DNA of 64,000 bases from Cesiribacter sp. (GTDB taxonomy: Bacteria > Bacteroidota > Bacteroidia > Cytophagales > Cyclobacteriaceae). A program made the position numbers and the translations under genes. The stretch lies in the NCBI GenBank assembly GCA_030147305.1, contig JASLAE010000007.1:17578-81577 (forward strand), in the 5' to 3' direction. The stretch's first letter is position 1; each line of letters begins with the position of its first letter. The notes beneath the pieces were generated by a model that saw only the letters and a list, made by a program, of their open reading frames with translations, was not told the DNA's origin and did no database searches. This document shows positions 55,494-64,000 of this stretch, one piece after another.

Positions 55494-56579
55494 ATGGGGG
55501 GATACAAAATACTTATTGTAGAAGATGAAATTATTGCAGCCATGGCCCTGCAGGAAACCCTGGAACGTAGTGGTCATACTGTAACAGCGGTGGCCAATAC
55601 TGCACAGGAAGCATTAGACGCTCTGGCGGTTGCCGTGCCGGACCTGGTGTTCATGGATATTAACCTGGAGGAGAAAGACGACGGTATCATTATTGGCAAA
55701 AAGATACTCCAGCAGTATAAGCTGCCGGTAATTTTTATTACAGCTTATGCCGACCATGATACTATTGCCAAAGCCCGTGAAGTGTTCCCTTATGGTTACA
55801 TTGTAAAACCCTGGCAGGAGAGGGAGCTGATGGCAGTGCTGGAAACAGCCATTTACAAACACCTGGCCGACCAGAAAACCATGGAACTGCAGGAAACCAG
55901 GAATAAGTTCTTTTCTATCATCGGGCATGACCTTCGCAGCCCACTGGCGGCCCTGGCTGTGGCTACGAGAACCCTCAACAAGCATATTGCCTCACTCTCG
56001 GTAACAGATATCAAAGAGTTTGTGCAGGACATTCATCATACGGTAGAAACACTTTACGCCTTTACCGATAACATGCTGGAATGGTCTAAAATTCAAAGTG
56101 GGCGGCTTGAGGTACGTGCAGAAACACTTGAGCTAAGCGTTGTGGTGGAGGAGGTGAACCAATTACTACGCGCTAAGGCGCATCAGAAAGCGGTAGCATT
56201 AACCTTTGATGTGCCAGCGGACATTTGGGTATTTGCTGATAAAAACATGTTACGTTCCGTACTGCTAAACCTGGTGAGCAACGGGATTAAGTTCTGCTAT
56301 CCCGGTGGGCATGTACAACTGCAGGTGAGCAATGAAGCAGAGCATGTACTGATCATCGTATCGGATAATGGGGTGGGCATGGATAAGGCGCATGTTGAGG
56401 AGCTGCTAACCTTTACTGCTGCCATCCATACTTCCGGCACGCAGGAAGAAAAAGGGTCTGGTCTTGGGCTGCTGCTTTGCAAAGAATTTGTGGAAGCCAA
56501 CGGTGGTATGCTCAATATTAGCAGCGAGCCCCAAATTGGCACCACTGTATGTGTTACCCTGCCGCAGGGCCACCATTAA
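55494..56579 (+). CDS. Hybrid REC-HisKA-HATPase kinase
   Basis: N-terminal REC (VEDE, FMDI, VKP); HDLRSPL, NLVSNGIKF, DNGVG and GSGLGL motifs. Confidence 0.92.
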   Translation: MGGYKILIVEDEIIAAMALQETLERSGHTVTAVANTAQEALDALAVAVPDLVFMDINLEEKDDGIIIGKKILQQYKLPVIFITAYADHDTIAKAREVFPYGYIVKPWQERELMAVLETAIYKHLADQKTMELQETRNKFFSIIGHDLRSPLAALAVATRTLNKHIASLSVTDIKEFVQDIHHTVETLYAFTDNMLEWSKIQSGRLEVRAETLELSVVVEEVNQLLRAKAHQKAVALTFDVPADIWVFADKNMLRSVLLNLVSNGIKFCYPGGHVQLQVSNEAEHVLIIVSDNGVGMDKAHVEELLTFTAAIHTSGTQEEKGSGLGLLLCKEFVEANGGMLNISSEPQIGTTVCVTLPQGHH

Positions 56580-56940
56580 GCATGCGTATCCGCTGAATCA
56601 GGCTTCTGCTGTTTACGGGTTTTACAAAGAATCCATCTACGTTCATGGCTTTAATCTGCTGTGCGGTTTGGGAATCTGAATTGCCGGAGACGATAAAAAA
56701 GTAGGGTGAAGCTATTTTTCTGATCTCAACAAGTGTATCCAGCCCGCTCATGCCATTCCCCAGCTTTATATCCATAACCACCAGATCCGGCAGCTCTTTT
56801 CTAATAATTGCCAGGGCTTCTTTGCCTGTTGGCGTAATATCCATGATCTCGAAGCCTGCATCTTCCAGTTCAGCTGCCAGCGCCATGCCAATAATGGCTT
56901 CGTCCTCAACAATTAATATTTTACGGATAATATTTCCCAT
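56554..56940 (-). CDS. Single-domain response regulator
   Basis: VEDE, VMDIKL and FVKPV motifs; 128 aa; 3' end overlaps the convergent hybrid kinase. Confidence 0.9.
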   Translation of the reverse strand: MGNIIRKILIVEDEAIIGMALAAELEDAGFEIMDITPTGKEALAIIRKELPDLVVMDIKLGNGMSGLDTLVEIRKIASPYFFIVSGNSDSQTAQQIKAMNVDGFFVKPVNSRSLIQRIRMLNGGPAAG

Positions 56941-56976
56941 AAAGCCGAGAAGGAAGACCCCAGACGAATTATTGCA

Positions 56977-59900
56977 TTAAGCCGGCCAGCTAAAAGTAAA
57001 ACTGGTGAATCGTTCAGAAGATAATTGCATGGTACCGCCTATCTGGCGTGTGAGGCTGCAGATCAACTGCATGCCCAGGGATGTAGTCTTTTGCGGATTA
57101 AAATCTGCAGGTAAACCCACCCCATTATCGGCAATGCTTAATTCAAATCTATTGGCGTGTTTGCTAAATCCAATCGAGATCTGGCCGTTTTGTTTGCCGT
57201 TAAAAGCATATTTATAGCAATTTGTGATTAATTCATTTAGAATGAGGGCACATGGCACGGCATGAACAATATCCATCTCTGCATCTTCAGCATCAATAAC
57301 AATGATGATTCTCTTATCCAGAAAATGAAAAGAGCTGGAAATGCCTTCGGCCAGTTGATGAATGTATTCTTTAAAATTTATTTTGGCCAGGTTCTCATGC
57401 TGGTACAGCAACTCGTGAATCAGCGCCATACTCCTGATCCGGGACTGGCTGTCCTTTAAGATATTCTTGAGCTCGGCGTGCCGGGTATGGCGGGCCTGTA
57501 GGGTAAGCAGGCCAGAAATAATGGCCATGTTGTTTTTTACCCGGTGGTGTATCTCCTTCAGCAGCACCTCTTTTTCCTGGAGCGACTGCTGGAGGGTTTC
57601 CTCGGTGCGCACGCGTGCAATTACTTCCTGGCGCATTAGCCGCAGGGCGTGGCCAAGTTTAGAAGTCTTTTCTTCTACCTTTTTTTCCAGTTCTGCATTA
57701 AACTCCCGGAGCAGGGCCTCGGTTCTTTTCTGTTCGGTAATATCGGCAAGGGCGCCCGTCATGCGGATGGCTTTGCCTGCCGTATCATAAATCACATAGC
57801 CTCTGTCGCGCACAAATTTATAGGAACCATCAGCACACTTGAAACGGTATTCAATAACCCACTCTTTTTGGTTTTTTACGATGACATCGTAAAAATTACC
57901 CACCACCCGATTTACATCTTCAGGATGTATATTTTCAATCCAGAGCTCTAGCTTGCCAAAGGTATTTCCAAACGAATGCCCAAAGATGGTCTTATACCCT
58001 TCGCCATAATAGCTTATTTGTTTATAAATGTCGCAGTCCCAGATGGCATCATTGGTCGCTTTGGTTACCAGGCGATAGCGTTCGTTGATGATGCGCAGCG
58101 CTTCTTCGGCCTCCTGGCGCTCTGTAATATCAACCACATTGGCCATTATAGCTTTTTCCTGTTTGAACTGGAATGGAGACAGGTGAATCTCGACAGGATA
58201 ACAGCTGCCATCTTTTCGGATGTGTTGCGTCTGGTATCGTAAACTTTTCTCTTTGCCGCTCAGCAGCAAAGCAAACAGCTTTTTGTACGCGTAATGGGAA
58301 TAGTCGGGATTGATGTGAAGTGGCGTCAGCTTTTCCATTTCGGCACTGCTATAACCAAGGTTATGCAGCGCCCTTGGATTTACATAAGTAAAATGACCGT
58401 TTGCTGGTGTTATGATATAGACTTCATTAACACTTTGTTCTATGGCACTGCTTAATTTTACCACCTCCTGCTGCGCCTTTTTTTGTGCAGTGATGTCCCT
58501 GTAAATACCTATCAGGTACTTAATGCTACCATTTTCGTGTAAAAAGGTGTTCGCCCTCAGGTTAATGTCTACAATATTGCCTTTGGTATCGTACAGCTCA
58601 ATGTCTCCTTCCCAGCTCCCTTTTTCAGATAATACATTTACAATCTCAAAAGGCAGATTTGGTTGAACAAAGATGCTGGTCCAGCTTTTATCATTCAGTG
58701 CTTCCAGAGTCCAGCCAAGGAGGGTTTCAAATGCCTTGTTTACATAAAGGCTTTGCACCATGTCTGCGGAAATGATGATCGCATCAGATGTATTTTCAAT
58801 GGCTAACTTAATGAGCTCAATCTCCTGCCGCTGCTGCTTCTGTTCAGTAATGTCGCGGGCTGTCAGATACACAAGATTTTCTTCTACAACCGGTTGCATG
58901 GAGCAGGAAAGCCAGCGATAAGCACCGCCTTTACATGCAAAGCGCAACTCCAGGTTTTTAAAGGCCTGTCCCAGCATCATTTTTTCCCGGGTATTTATGA
59001 CCATTTGCTGATCATCCGGGTGCACAAGTTCTCTGGGTAGCAGTGTTTTAGCCTCTTCGTCCGAGTATCCGAGCAACTGCTGCAAAGCAGGGTTAAATTT
59101 TTTAACAAAGCCATCGAAACAAAGAATGGCCAGTAATTCCGGGGAAAGCGCAAAGAAACGATCCAGCTCTTCATTCGATCTTCTTCTCTCCAGCTCACCT
59201 CCCAGTTTACTTAACAGTGTTTGTAATCGCTCGGGGTCTACAGGGGGTTGATTGCTAATGGAAGTAGAAAACAGATTGATGTTACCCAGCATCTTGTCCC
59301 GATAGATTACCTGTACACACAGCAGTGACTTCAGCCCGCAGGCCTCTGCCTCAGCTCTTCTGCGAAGATTTGTGTAGTTTCTGAGGTCGCCGGAATAAAA
59401 CCACTTGCCATTCCTGAAAAGCTCTGGTTTGTCTGTTCGGATATCGAAAGATTTGTTTTCCGAAGAGGCCTTCATGATCAGAAATTTGTCATCAGACCAC
59501 CAGGCACTTTTCATTTTAGTGAGTGGCTGGCCAAAGAGGGGCATCCAAAATTCGGCATATTGAAAACCGCCATAGGCACAAAGCATTTCCAATACGGTGG
59601 TAGTGCCCTCTTTGAGTGTACTGGCGGTGCTTAGGGCCAGGGTAGCATCGTTGAGCAGCTTAAGATCTTTTTCAAAATTAACTTCCGTGCTAATGTCCCT
59701 GAACCTTACAAAAAAGTAACGGGGTGCATTTTCATATAGCACAGGGGCAATGGCCACTACAGCAGAGAAAGGGTTGGCAAAACTTTCTATGATAGTTTTA
59801 AACTGCAGGTTTTTGCCCTGCAGCAGTATGGGTAGCGCTGTGCTGATCTTCTGCCGATCTTCAGGGGAGAGGAAGTGTAAAAAGTTTTTTCCAATTAGCT

Positions 59901-60789
59901 CTTCCTGTTTCATCTGGGAGATGGATTCTGCCAGCTGGTTAACTTTAATTATGTTACCATGCAGATCGGTCAGGAACACAGCATCCGAGTAGTTCTCTAT
60001 AAGTGTGCGATAGAGCTTTTCACTTTCGGCCAGGGCTTTTTCGGCTTTTTTGCGTTCGGTAATGTCCTGGCAAAAGATAATGTTATGACTGTTTTTTCTG
60101 TCAGCATCCTGTACTGGTACAATTGTGCTGTAAACCCATATTGGAGTACCATCTTTTGCCTTATTTTGTACCTCACCTTTCCAGATCTGCCCGTTTTTAA
60201 TGGCTTTCAGAATATTTTCCTCAGTAGCATCTGGTTCCTGGGCATTCACGATGATACCGTGTTTTTTCCCCTTGAGCTCTTCGGGCGAATATTTGCTAAT
60301 CTTACAGAAGTTATCATTTACCCAGGTAATTCTGCCCTCGGCATCGGTAAAAGAAACAATGGAGGAAGCATTGATGGCTGCCTTCATGTCTTGCAGCTCT
60401 TTTTGTGCCTGTTCTACTTTTTCATCCATCAATTTTTTATCAGTAACATCACTGAAAAAAATCAGCAGGCCTTCCCCCGAAGGATAAAGCCTGCGTTCGA
60501 ACCATTTCTGGTATCTGCTAAAAAAACTTGTGATTTCTGCGTATTGCTGTGATTCCCAGGCTTTAAGCGCTACCTGATAAAACTCGGTTCCCACTGCTTC
60601 GGGAAACTTAGTCCAGATATGTTGCCCAATCAGCTCATGTGGTTCATAACCAAGAAGCTCTCCAGCTTTTTTGTTCAGATAGGTATAATGCCAGTTATTG
60701 TCGAGCACCAGCAGCGCATCCGACATTTTCTCTAAAAATGGATACAAAGAAGTTTGTTCCAGCAATGCATTATGTGTGTTTGTAGTCAT
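56977..60789 (-). CDS. Soluble multi-PAS/GAF HisKA_2 sensor histidine kinase
   Basis: About seven PAS/PAC units (several ending DITE) and one GAF-like segment; EIHHRVKNN, NELITN, DNGVG and SLG motifs. Start is GTG 60792 or ATG 60789. Confidence 0.92.
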   Translation of the reverse strand: MTTNTHNALLEQTSLYPFLEKMSDALLVLDNNWHYTYLNKKAGELLGYEPHELIGQHIWTKFPEAVGTEFYQVALKAWESQQYAEITSFFSRYQKWFERRLYPSGEGLLIFFSDVTDKKLMDEKVEQAQKELQDMKAAINASSIVSFTDAEGRITWVNDNFCKISKYSPEELKGKKHGIIVNAQEPDATEENILKAIKNGQIWKGEVQNKAKDGTPIWVYSTIVPVQDADRKNSHNIIFCQDITERKKAEKALAESEKLYRTLIENYSDAVFLTDLHGNIIKVNQLAESISQMKQEELIGKNFLHFLSPEDRQKISTALPILLQGKNLQFKTIIESFANPFSAVVAIAPVLYENAPRYFFVRFRDISTEVNFEKDLKLLNDATLALSTASTLKEGTTTVLEMLCAYGGFQYAEFWMPLFGQPLTKMKSAWWSDDKFLIMKASSENKSFDIRTDKPELFRNGKWFYSGDLRNYTNLRRRAEAEACGLKSLLCVQVIYRDKMLGNINLFSTSISNQPPVDPERLQTLLSKLGGELERRRSNEELDRFFALSPELLAILCFDGFVKKFNPALQQLLGYSDEEAKTLLPRELVHPDDQQMVINTREKMMLGQAFKNLELRFACKGGAYRWLSCSMQPVVEENLVYLTARDITEQKQQRQEIELIKLAIENTSDAIIISADMVQSLYVNKAFETLLGWTLEALNDKSWTSIFVQPNLPFEIVNVLSEKGSWEGDIELYDTKGNIVDINLRANTFLHENGSIKYLIGIYRDITAQKKAQQEVVKLSSAIEQSVNEVYIITPANGHFTYVNPRALHNLGYSSAEMEKLTPLHINPDYSHYAYKKLFALLLSGKEKSLRYQTQHIRKDGSCYPVEIHLSPFQFKQEKAIMANVVDITERQEAEEALRIINERYRLVTKATNDAIWDCDIYKQISYYGEGYKTIFGHSFGNTFGKLELWIENIHPEDVNRVVGNFYDVIVKNQKEWVIEYRFKCADGSYKFVRDRGYVIYDTAGKAIRMTGALADITEQKRTEALLREFNAELEKKVEEKTSKLGHALRLMRQEVIARVRTEETLQQSLQEKEVLLKEIHHRVKNNMAIISGLLTLQARHTRHAELKNILKDSQSRIRSMALIHELLYQHENLAKINFKEYIHQLAEGISSSFHFLDKRIIIVIDAEDAEMDIVHAVPCALILNELITNCYKYAFNGKQNGQISIGFSKHANRFELSIADNGVGLPADFNPQKTTSLGMQLICSLTRQIGGTMQLSSERFTSFTFSWPA

Positions 60790-61124
60790 CACTTTTTTGC
60801 TCCAGCAATTAAATGGATAGGCGCTTTAGCAGGGCAGGGTGCAGTCATGACTGTCCGGATTGTAAAGTGATTTTCTTTTGAGGAGTACATAGTCCAGATG
60901 TAATGTTTTTCCGAAAAAACCAAAGAAGCAGTAAGGCTTAGTTTAGGGACTTCTGTGGCCGGCTGTCTTAAGCCAGCTAGTAAGCGCCCGTGATTGGGTT
61001 GATGGAAAAAAGCTAAAAAGGTTGAACCGCCGGGACTGTTGAAGGTGTATCCGCATGTCTTTAACAGGGTATCGTGATTGCAAATAATCGTACCTGTTTT
61101 ATCTTTGCAAAATACAATTTTCAT
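60789..61124 (-). CDS. Small hypothetical protein, possibly a degenerate PAS domain
   Basis: DKTGTII...KTCGY...TFLAFFH resembles a PAS N-terminal pattern; its stop overlaps the kinase ATG (TGATG). Confidence 0.5.
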   Translation of the reverse strand: MKIVFCKDKTGTIICNHDTLLKTCGYTFNSPGGSTFLAFFHQPNHGRLLAGLRQPATEVPKLSLTASLVFSEKHYIWTMYSSKENHFTIRTVMTAPCPAKAPIHLIAGAKK

Positions 61125-61382
61125 GTGCGAGTGCCTCTCTTGCCTTCCTGCCCGGTCCTGTCCTGGCCTGCTCTAACTTTTGTTGGTCTGCGAATACGCG
61201 TAAATCTGTTACATAAATATACTAAGGGTTTTTTTTCTTCGCCTTTAAGTGTAAGTAATTCAGGAAACTAGGTTCTGGCTCTTTAAGGGTAAACCCTGAT
61301 GGGTGATAAGGGTAAATCTGTATTTTAAACAAAACGGTTGCCTTGCCCCGTAACATTTTATGCCTGCCTTAATACCTTAGCT

Positions 61383-63737
61383 ATGCATAAAGAAAGCCAA
61401 CCGATGAACAGAAAAAGTATAAGTTTTCTTATTCAGAGATTATACCTTCCGCTAGGTGCATTGGTGCTGCTTTTAGTATTTGGCATTGTGGTACTGCAGA
61501 GTGCCTGGGAAAAAGAAAAGCAGCTTTCCTTACTCTTAAAGGAGGTAGAGCATCTTCACCTGAACCTGCTGGATGCAGCAATCCTGGCTGAACAATATTC
61601 CCTTATGGGGGTGCCGGTAAAGGCGCTGCAAATTAACAAAACGCTCAGTCGCATTGAATCAAGCCTGCGGCCTGAGACCATCAATGAAAAGGTAAACCAG
61701 GAATGGCAGGCCGTAACTACAGCCTGGGATAACATAAAACATGTTGGTCTGAACCGAAATACGGGTGAACATGCTATTGACAAGGCTACAAAGAACCAGT
61801 TGAACATCGGGTTTGACGAGCTTCAGATAATCTGTCAGGGGCTTACCTCAAACCTGCGCGCTGAACTTGAACATATAGCGTTTGTAATTACAGTTGTGCT
61901 GATGGGCACCCTTACGCTTTGCCTGGGTATCCTGCTCTTCATGGGCTTATTTGTATACAAAGCTGTGCTTAAGCCACTCCGGCAGTTAGAACAGACTGCA
62001 GGGCAGCTGGTGCTGGGAAGGGTTAATGGATTACAGGGCAATAACCAGGTACTGGTTGAGCCAGTTTATCAGGTCCTGCTGCAGGAGGTAGAGAGTAAAA
62101 AGTACCTGGCACAAGCCTCAGAACAGATCGGGGATGGCAATTTTCAGCAGGACGAGCTGGCACTGCAGCAGGCAGGTTTGCCGGGAGCTTCTCTGCTAAG
62201 GCTGCGCGAGAAAATGCAGGCTTATTTCCTGGCTGAGCAGCGCCGTAACTGGAGCAGCCAGGGCTTAGAGCAATTCTCCAAGCAATTGCGGGAACATGGT
62301 TTGCAGATCGAAGGATTGTGTAAAGGGCTTGTGTCGGAGCTGGTGCCTTTTATGAATGCGAATCAGGGAGCTGTTTTTGTAGCAGAAACAGAAACACACG
62401 GGCAGGAAGTATTGCAGCTAAAGGCATCCTACGCCTGGGGAAGGCACAAATACATCACCAGGACAATCCTGCCAGGCGAAGGGTTGATCGGACAGGCCTT
62501 TCAGGAAAAAGATATGCTCCTGATCACTGATGTGCCAGAACATTATATCACAATAGGATCTGGTTTGGGAAGAACAAAGCCCAGGTGCATCCTCATACTG
62601 CCCCTTATTTCTAATGAGGTATTACAGGGCGTAATAGAATTAGCCTCTTTCAGGGTATTTGAGGCCCACGAAATTGATTTTCTGAAGAAGCTGAGTGAAA
62701 GTGTGGCAGCTGCCCTGGCAAACCTGAAAGTCAGTAGTAAGACCATCGATCTGCTTGAAAAAGCAAATGCTGCCAACGTGCACCTGCAGGCCCAGGAAGA
62801 AGAGTTGCGGCAGAATACCGAAGAGCTTATTGCAACGCAGGAGGCAATGCAGAAAAAAGATGTGGAGCTAAGTGGATTATTCGCTTCCATCGATTACAGC
62901 CTGCTGACAGCAGAGCTTGATCTGTCAGGGGCACTGTTAACGACCAATGAGAAGTTTAGGGGGTTGTTAAGCATCCATGGGAATGAAAAGCTACAGCACT
63001 GCTTTCAGCTACTGCAGGTGCCGGGCTGGACAGCGGAGCATGAGCAGCAGTTTATGGAAAGCCTGCTGCGCGGGCAGTCGCAGAACCTGGAGTGCCAGAT
63101 TGTGCGTAACCCCAAGATCTGGATCTCAGCCTCCTTTACACCGGTTCTTAATACAGCCGGCAGGGTCTATAAAATAATGATGCTGGGAAGCGATATCTCC
63201 GAGAAAAAACATGCCGAGCTGGCCTATGTGGCGCAGGCTGAAGAAATTACGCGGCAGGAAGAAAAATTACGCCATTATACTGCCGAACTGGAAGTGCTGC
63301 AAGCCAGCCTGGCAGACAAGCTAAAAGCGGCTCACCTAGAAATGGAACTTCAGATCCGGGAAATAGCCCTGGAAAAGGAAAAAAATGTAGCCATTCTGGA
63401 GGGTTGTGTAGACGGTGTGGTGTCTTTTAATGAACGGGGCATCATTGAATTTTTCAATCATGCTGCAGAAGAGATCTGGGCTATCCCCCGCCAGAATGTA
63501 TTGGGCAGCAACATTAGAAACCTTATTTCCATAGAGATACAATATAAAGGCGCTGCACCACAGGTATTCTTCTCTAAGGGGGGAAATAAAAAAGCACTGG
63601 ACATCCGCACAGAAGTACCACTCTTCAATGGCAGCGGAGAAGAGATAGAAGCACTGGTCACCCTTACCAGGGTAAAAATTGGCAACACCTATATGTTTAC
63701 AGCATTTGTGCAGAAAGTAGCAGTAGAACTTTTCTAA
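61383..63737 (+). CDS. Membrane sensor: 2 TM, HAMP-like linker, GAF, coiled coil, 2 PAS; no recognisable output domain
   Basis: Two hydrophobic helices; GAF (ANQGAVF...GEGLIGQ...GVIELAS); QEEELRQNTEEL coil; PAS units; no H-box, GGDEF or EAL. Start is 61383 or 61404. Confidence 0.8.
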   Translation: MHKESQPMNRKSISFLIQRLYLPLGALVLLLVFGIVVLQSAWEKEKQLSLLLKEVEHLHLNLLDAAILAEQYSLMGVPVKALQINKTLSRIESSLRPETINEKVNQEWQAVTTAWDNIKHVGLNRNTGEHAIDKATKNQLNIGFDELQIICQGLTSNLRAELEHIAFVITVVLMGTLTLCLGILLFMGLFVYKAVLKPLRQLEQTAGQLVLGRVNGLQGNNQVLVEPVYQVLLQEVESKKYLAQASEQIGDGNFQQDELALQQAGLPGASLLRLREKMQAYFLAEQRRNWSSQGLEQFSKQLREHGLQIEGLCKGLVSELVPFMNANQGAVFVAETETHGQEVLQLKASYAWGRHKYITRTILPGEGLIGQAFQEKDMLLITDVPEHYITIGSGLGRTKPRCILILPLISNEVLQGVIELASFRVFEAHEIDFLKKLSESVAAALANLKVSSKTIDLLEKANAANVHLQAQEEELRQNTEELIATQEAMQKKDVELSGLFASIDYSLLTAELDLSGALLTTNEKFRGLLSIHGNEKLQHCFQLLQVPGWTAEHEQQFMESLLRGQSQNLECQIVRNPKIWISASFTPVLNTAGRVYKIMMLGSDISEKKHAELAYVAQAEEITRQEEKLRHYTAELEVLQASLADKLKAAHLEMELQIREIALEKEKNVAILEGCVDGVVSFNERGIIEFFNHAAEEIWAIPRQNVLGSNIRNLISIEIQYKGAAPQVFFSKGGNKKALDIRTEVPLFNGSGEEIEALVTLTRVKIGNTYMFTAFVQKVAVELF

Positions 63738-63747
63738 CCCAAGATCC

Positions 63748-64000
63748 ATGAAGTTTGCAAAACAAGAATTTACAGAACGGGTAAACAGGCTGGAGAAGCT
63801 GCTGGAAGAAGATTTTGGCGCACTTGCGGTTGCTTTCAGGAGAGAAGGCAACTACCTCCCCAACATGCATAACCGGCAGAAGCTGGTAGAACAATTGCAG
63901 TATCATGACATTATCAGGCAAAAAATACAACACGTGGGCCAGTTTGCAGAGGTCCTGGAGGTGGAGTTTTCCCAGTATAGTGCAGCCGTAGAAGATGCCT
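63748..64000 (+). CDS. Partial hypothetical protein with CheZ-like LQYHDIIRQ motif
   Basis: Read manually: ATG 63748, MKFAKQEFTERVNRLEKLLEEDF...LVEQLQYHDIIRQKIQHV; open to the window end. Confidence 0.65.
   Translation, partial: MKFAKQEFTERVNRLEKLLEEDFGALAVAFRREGNYLPNMHNRQKLVEQLQYHDIIRQKIQHVGQFAEVLEVEFSQYSAAVEDA

Noticed and set aside
44048..64000. Accessory-looking region as a horizontally acquired island
   Set aside because: No integrase, transposase or flanking repeats seen, no obvious compositional break by eye, and mtaB sits in the middle.

Overview
A Bacteroidota chromosomal segment, probably Cytophagales. This is inferred from the TAnnTTTG -7 promoter boxes, the A-rich start contexts and the gene order. 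Positions 1-7.8 kb carry a partial GT4 glycosyltransferase, a SigR/RsrA-like ECF sigma and zinc anti-sigma pair, gmk-nadD, frr-pyrH, a biotinyl carrier and an M1 aminopeptidase. Positions 7.8-39.4 kb are the core translation/transcription supercluster: tRNA-Tyr/Gly/Thr, tuf, tRNA-Trp, secE-nusG-rplKAJL-rpoBC, a DUF3467-like gene, and the str, S10, spc and alpha clusters. This stretch includes a degenerate duplicate of tRNA-Gly with a hairpin insertion. Positions 39.5-44 kb hold carA, eno, an ftsB-like gene, an outer-membrane protein and an Ldh_2 dehydrogenase. The most interesting block is 44-52 kb: Ppx/GppA, a stand-alone class III nucleotidyl-cyclase-like protein (DUF2652-like), a PDE-like HD domain fused to a Pycsar-type membrane effector, a beta-propeller lipoprotein, and a lipoprotein fusing a purple-acid-phosphatase domain, a CotH/PI3K-like kinase domain and an Omp85 barrel. 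Together these are a candidate uncharacterised nucleotide/phosphate signalling system. After mtaB, 53.8-64 kb is a signal-transduction cluster with HisKA_2 kinases, receivers, a possible -1 frameshift fusion, an output-less TM-GAF-PAS receptor and a truncated gene with a CheZ-like motif. No mobile elements, CRISPR arrays or rRNA were seen. All family assignments come from motif recognition by eye; no searches were run.
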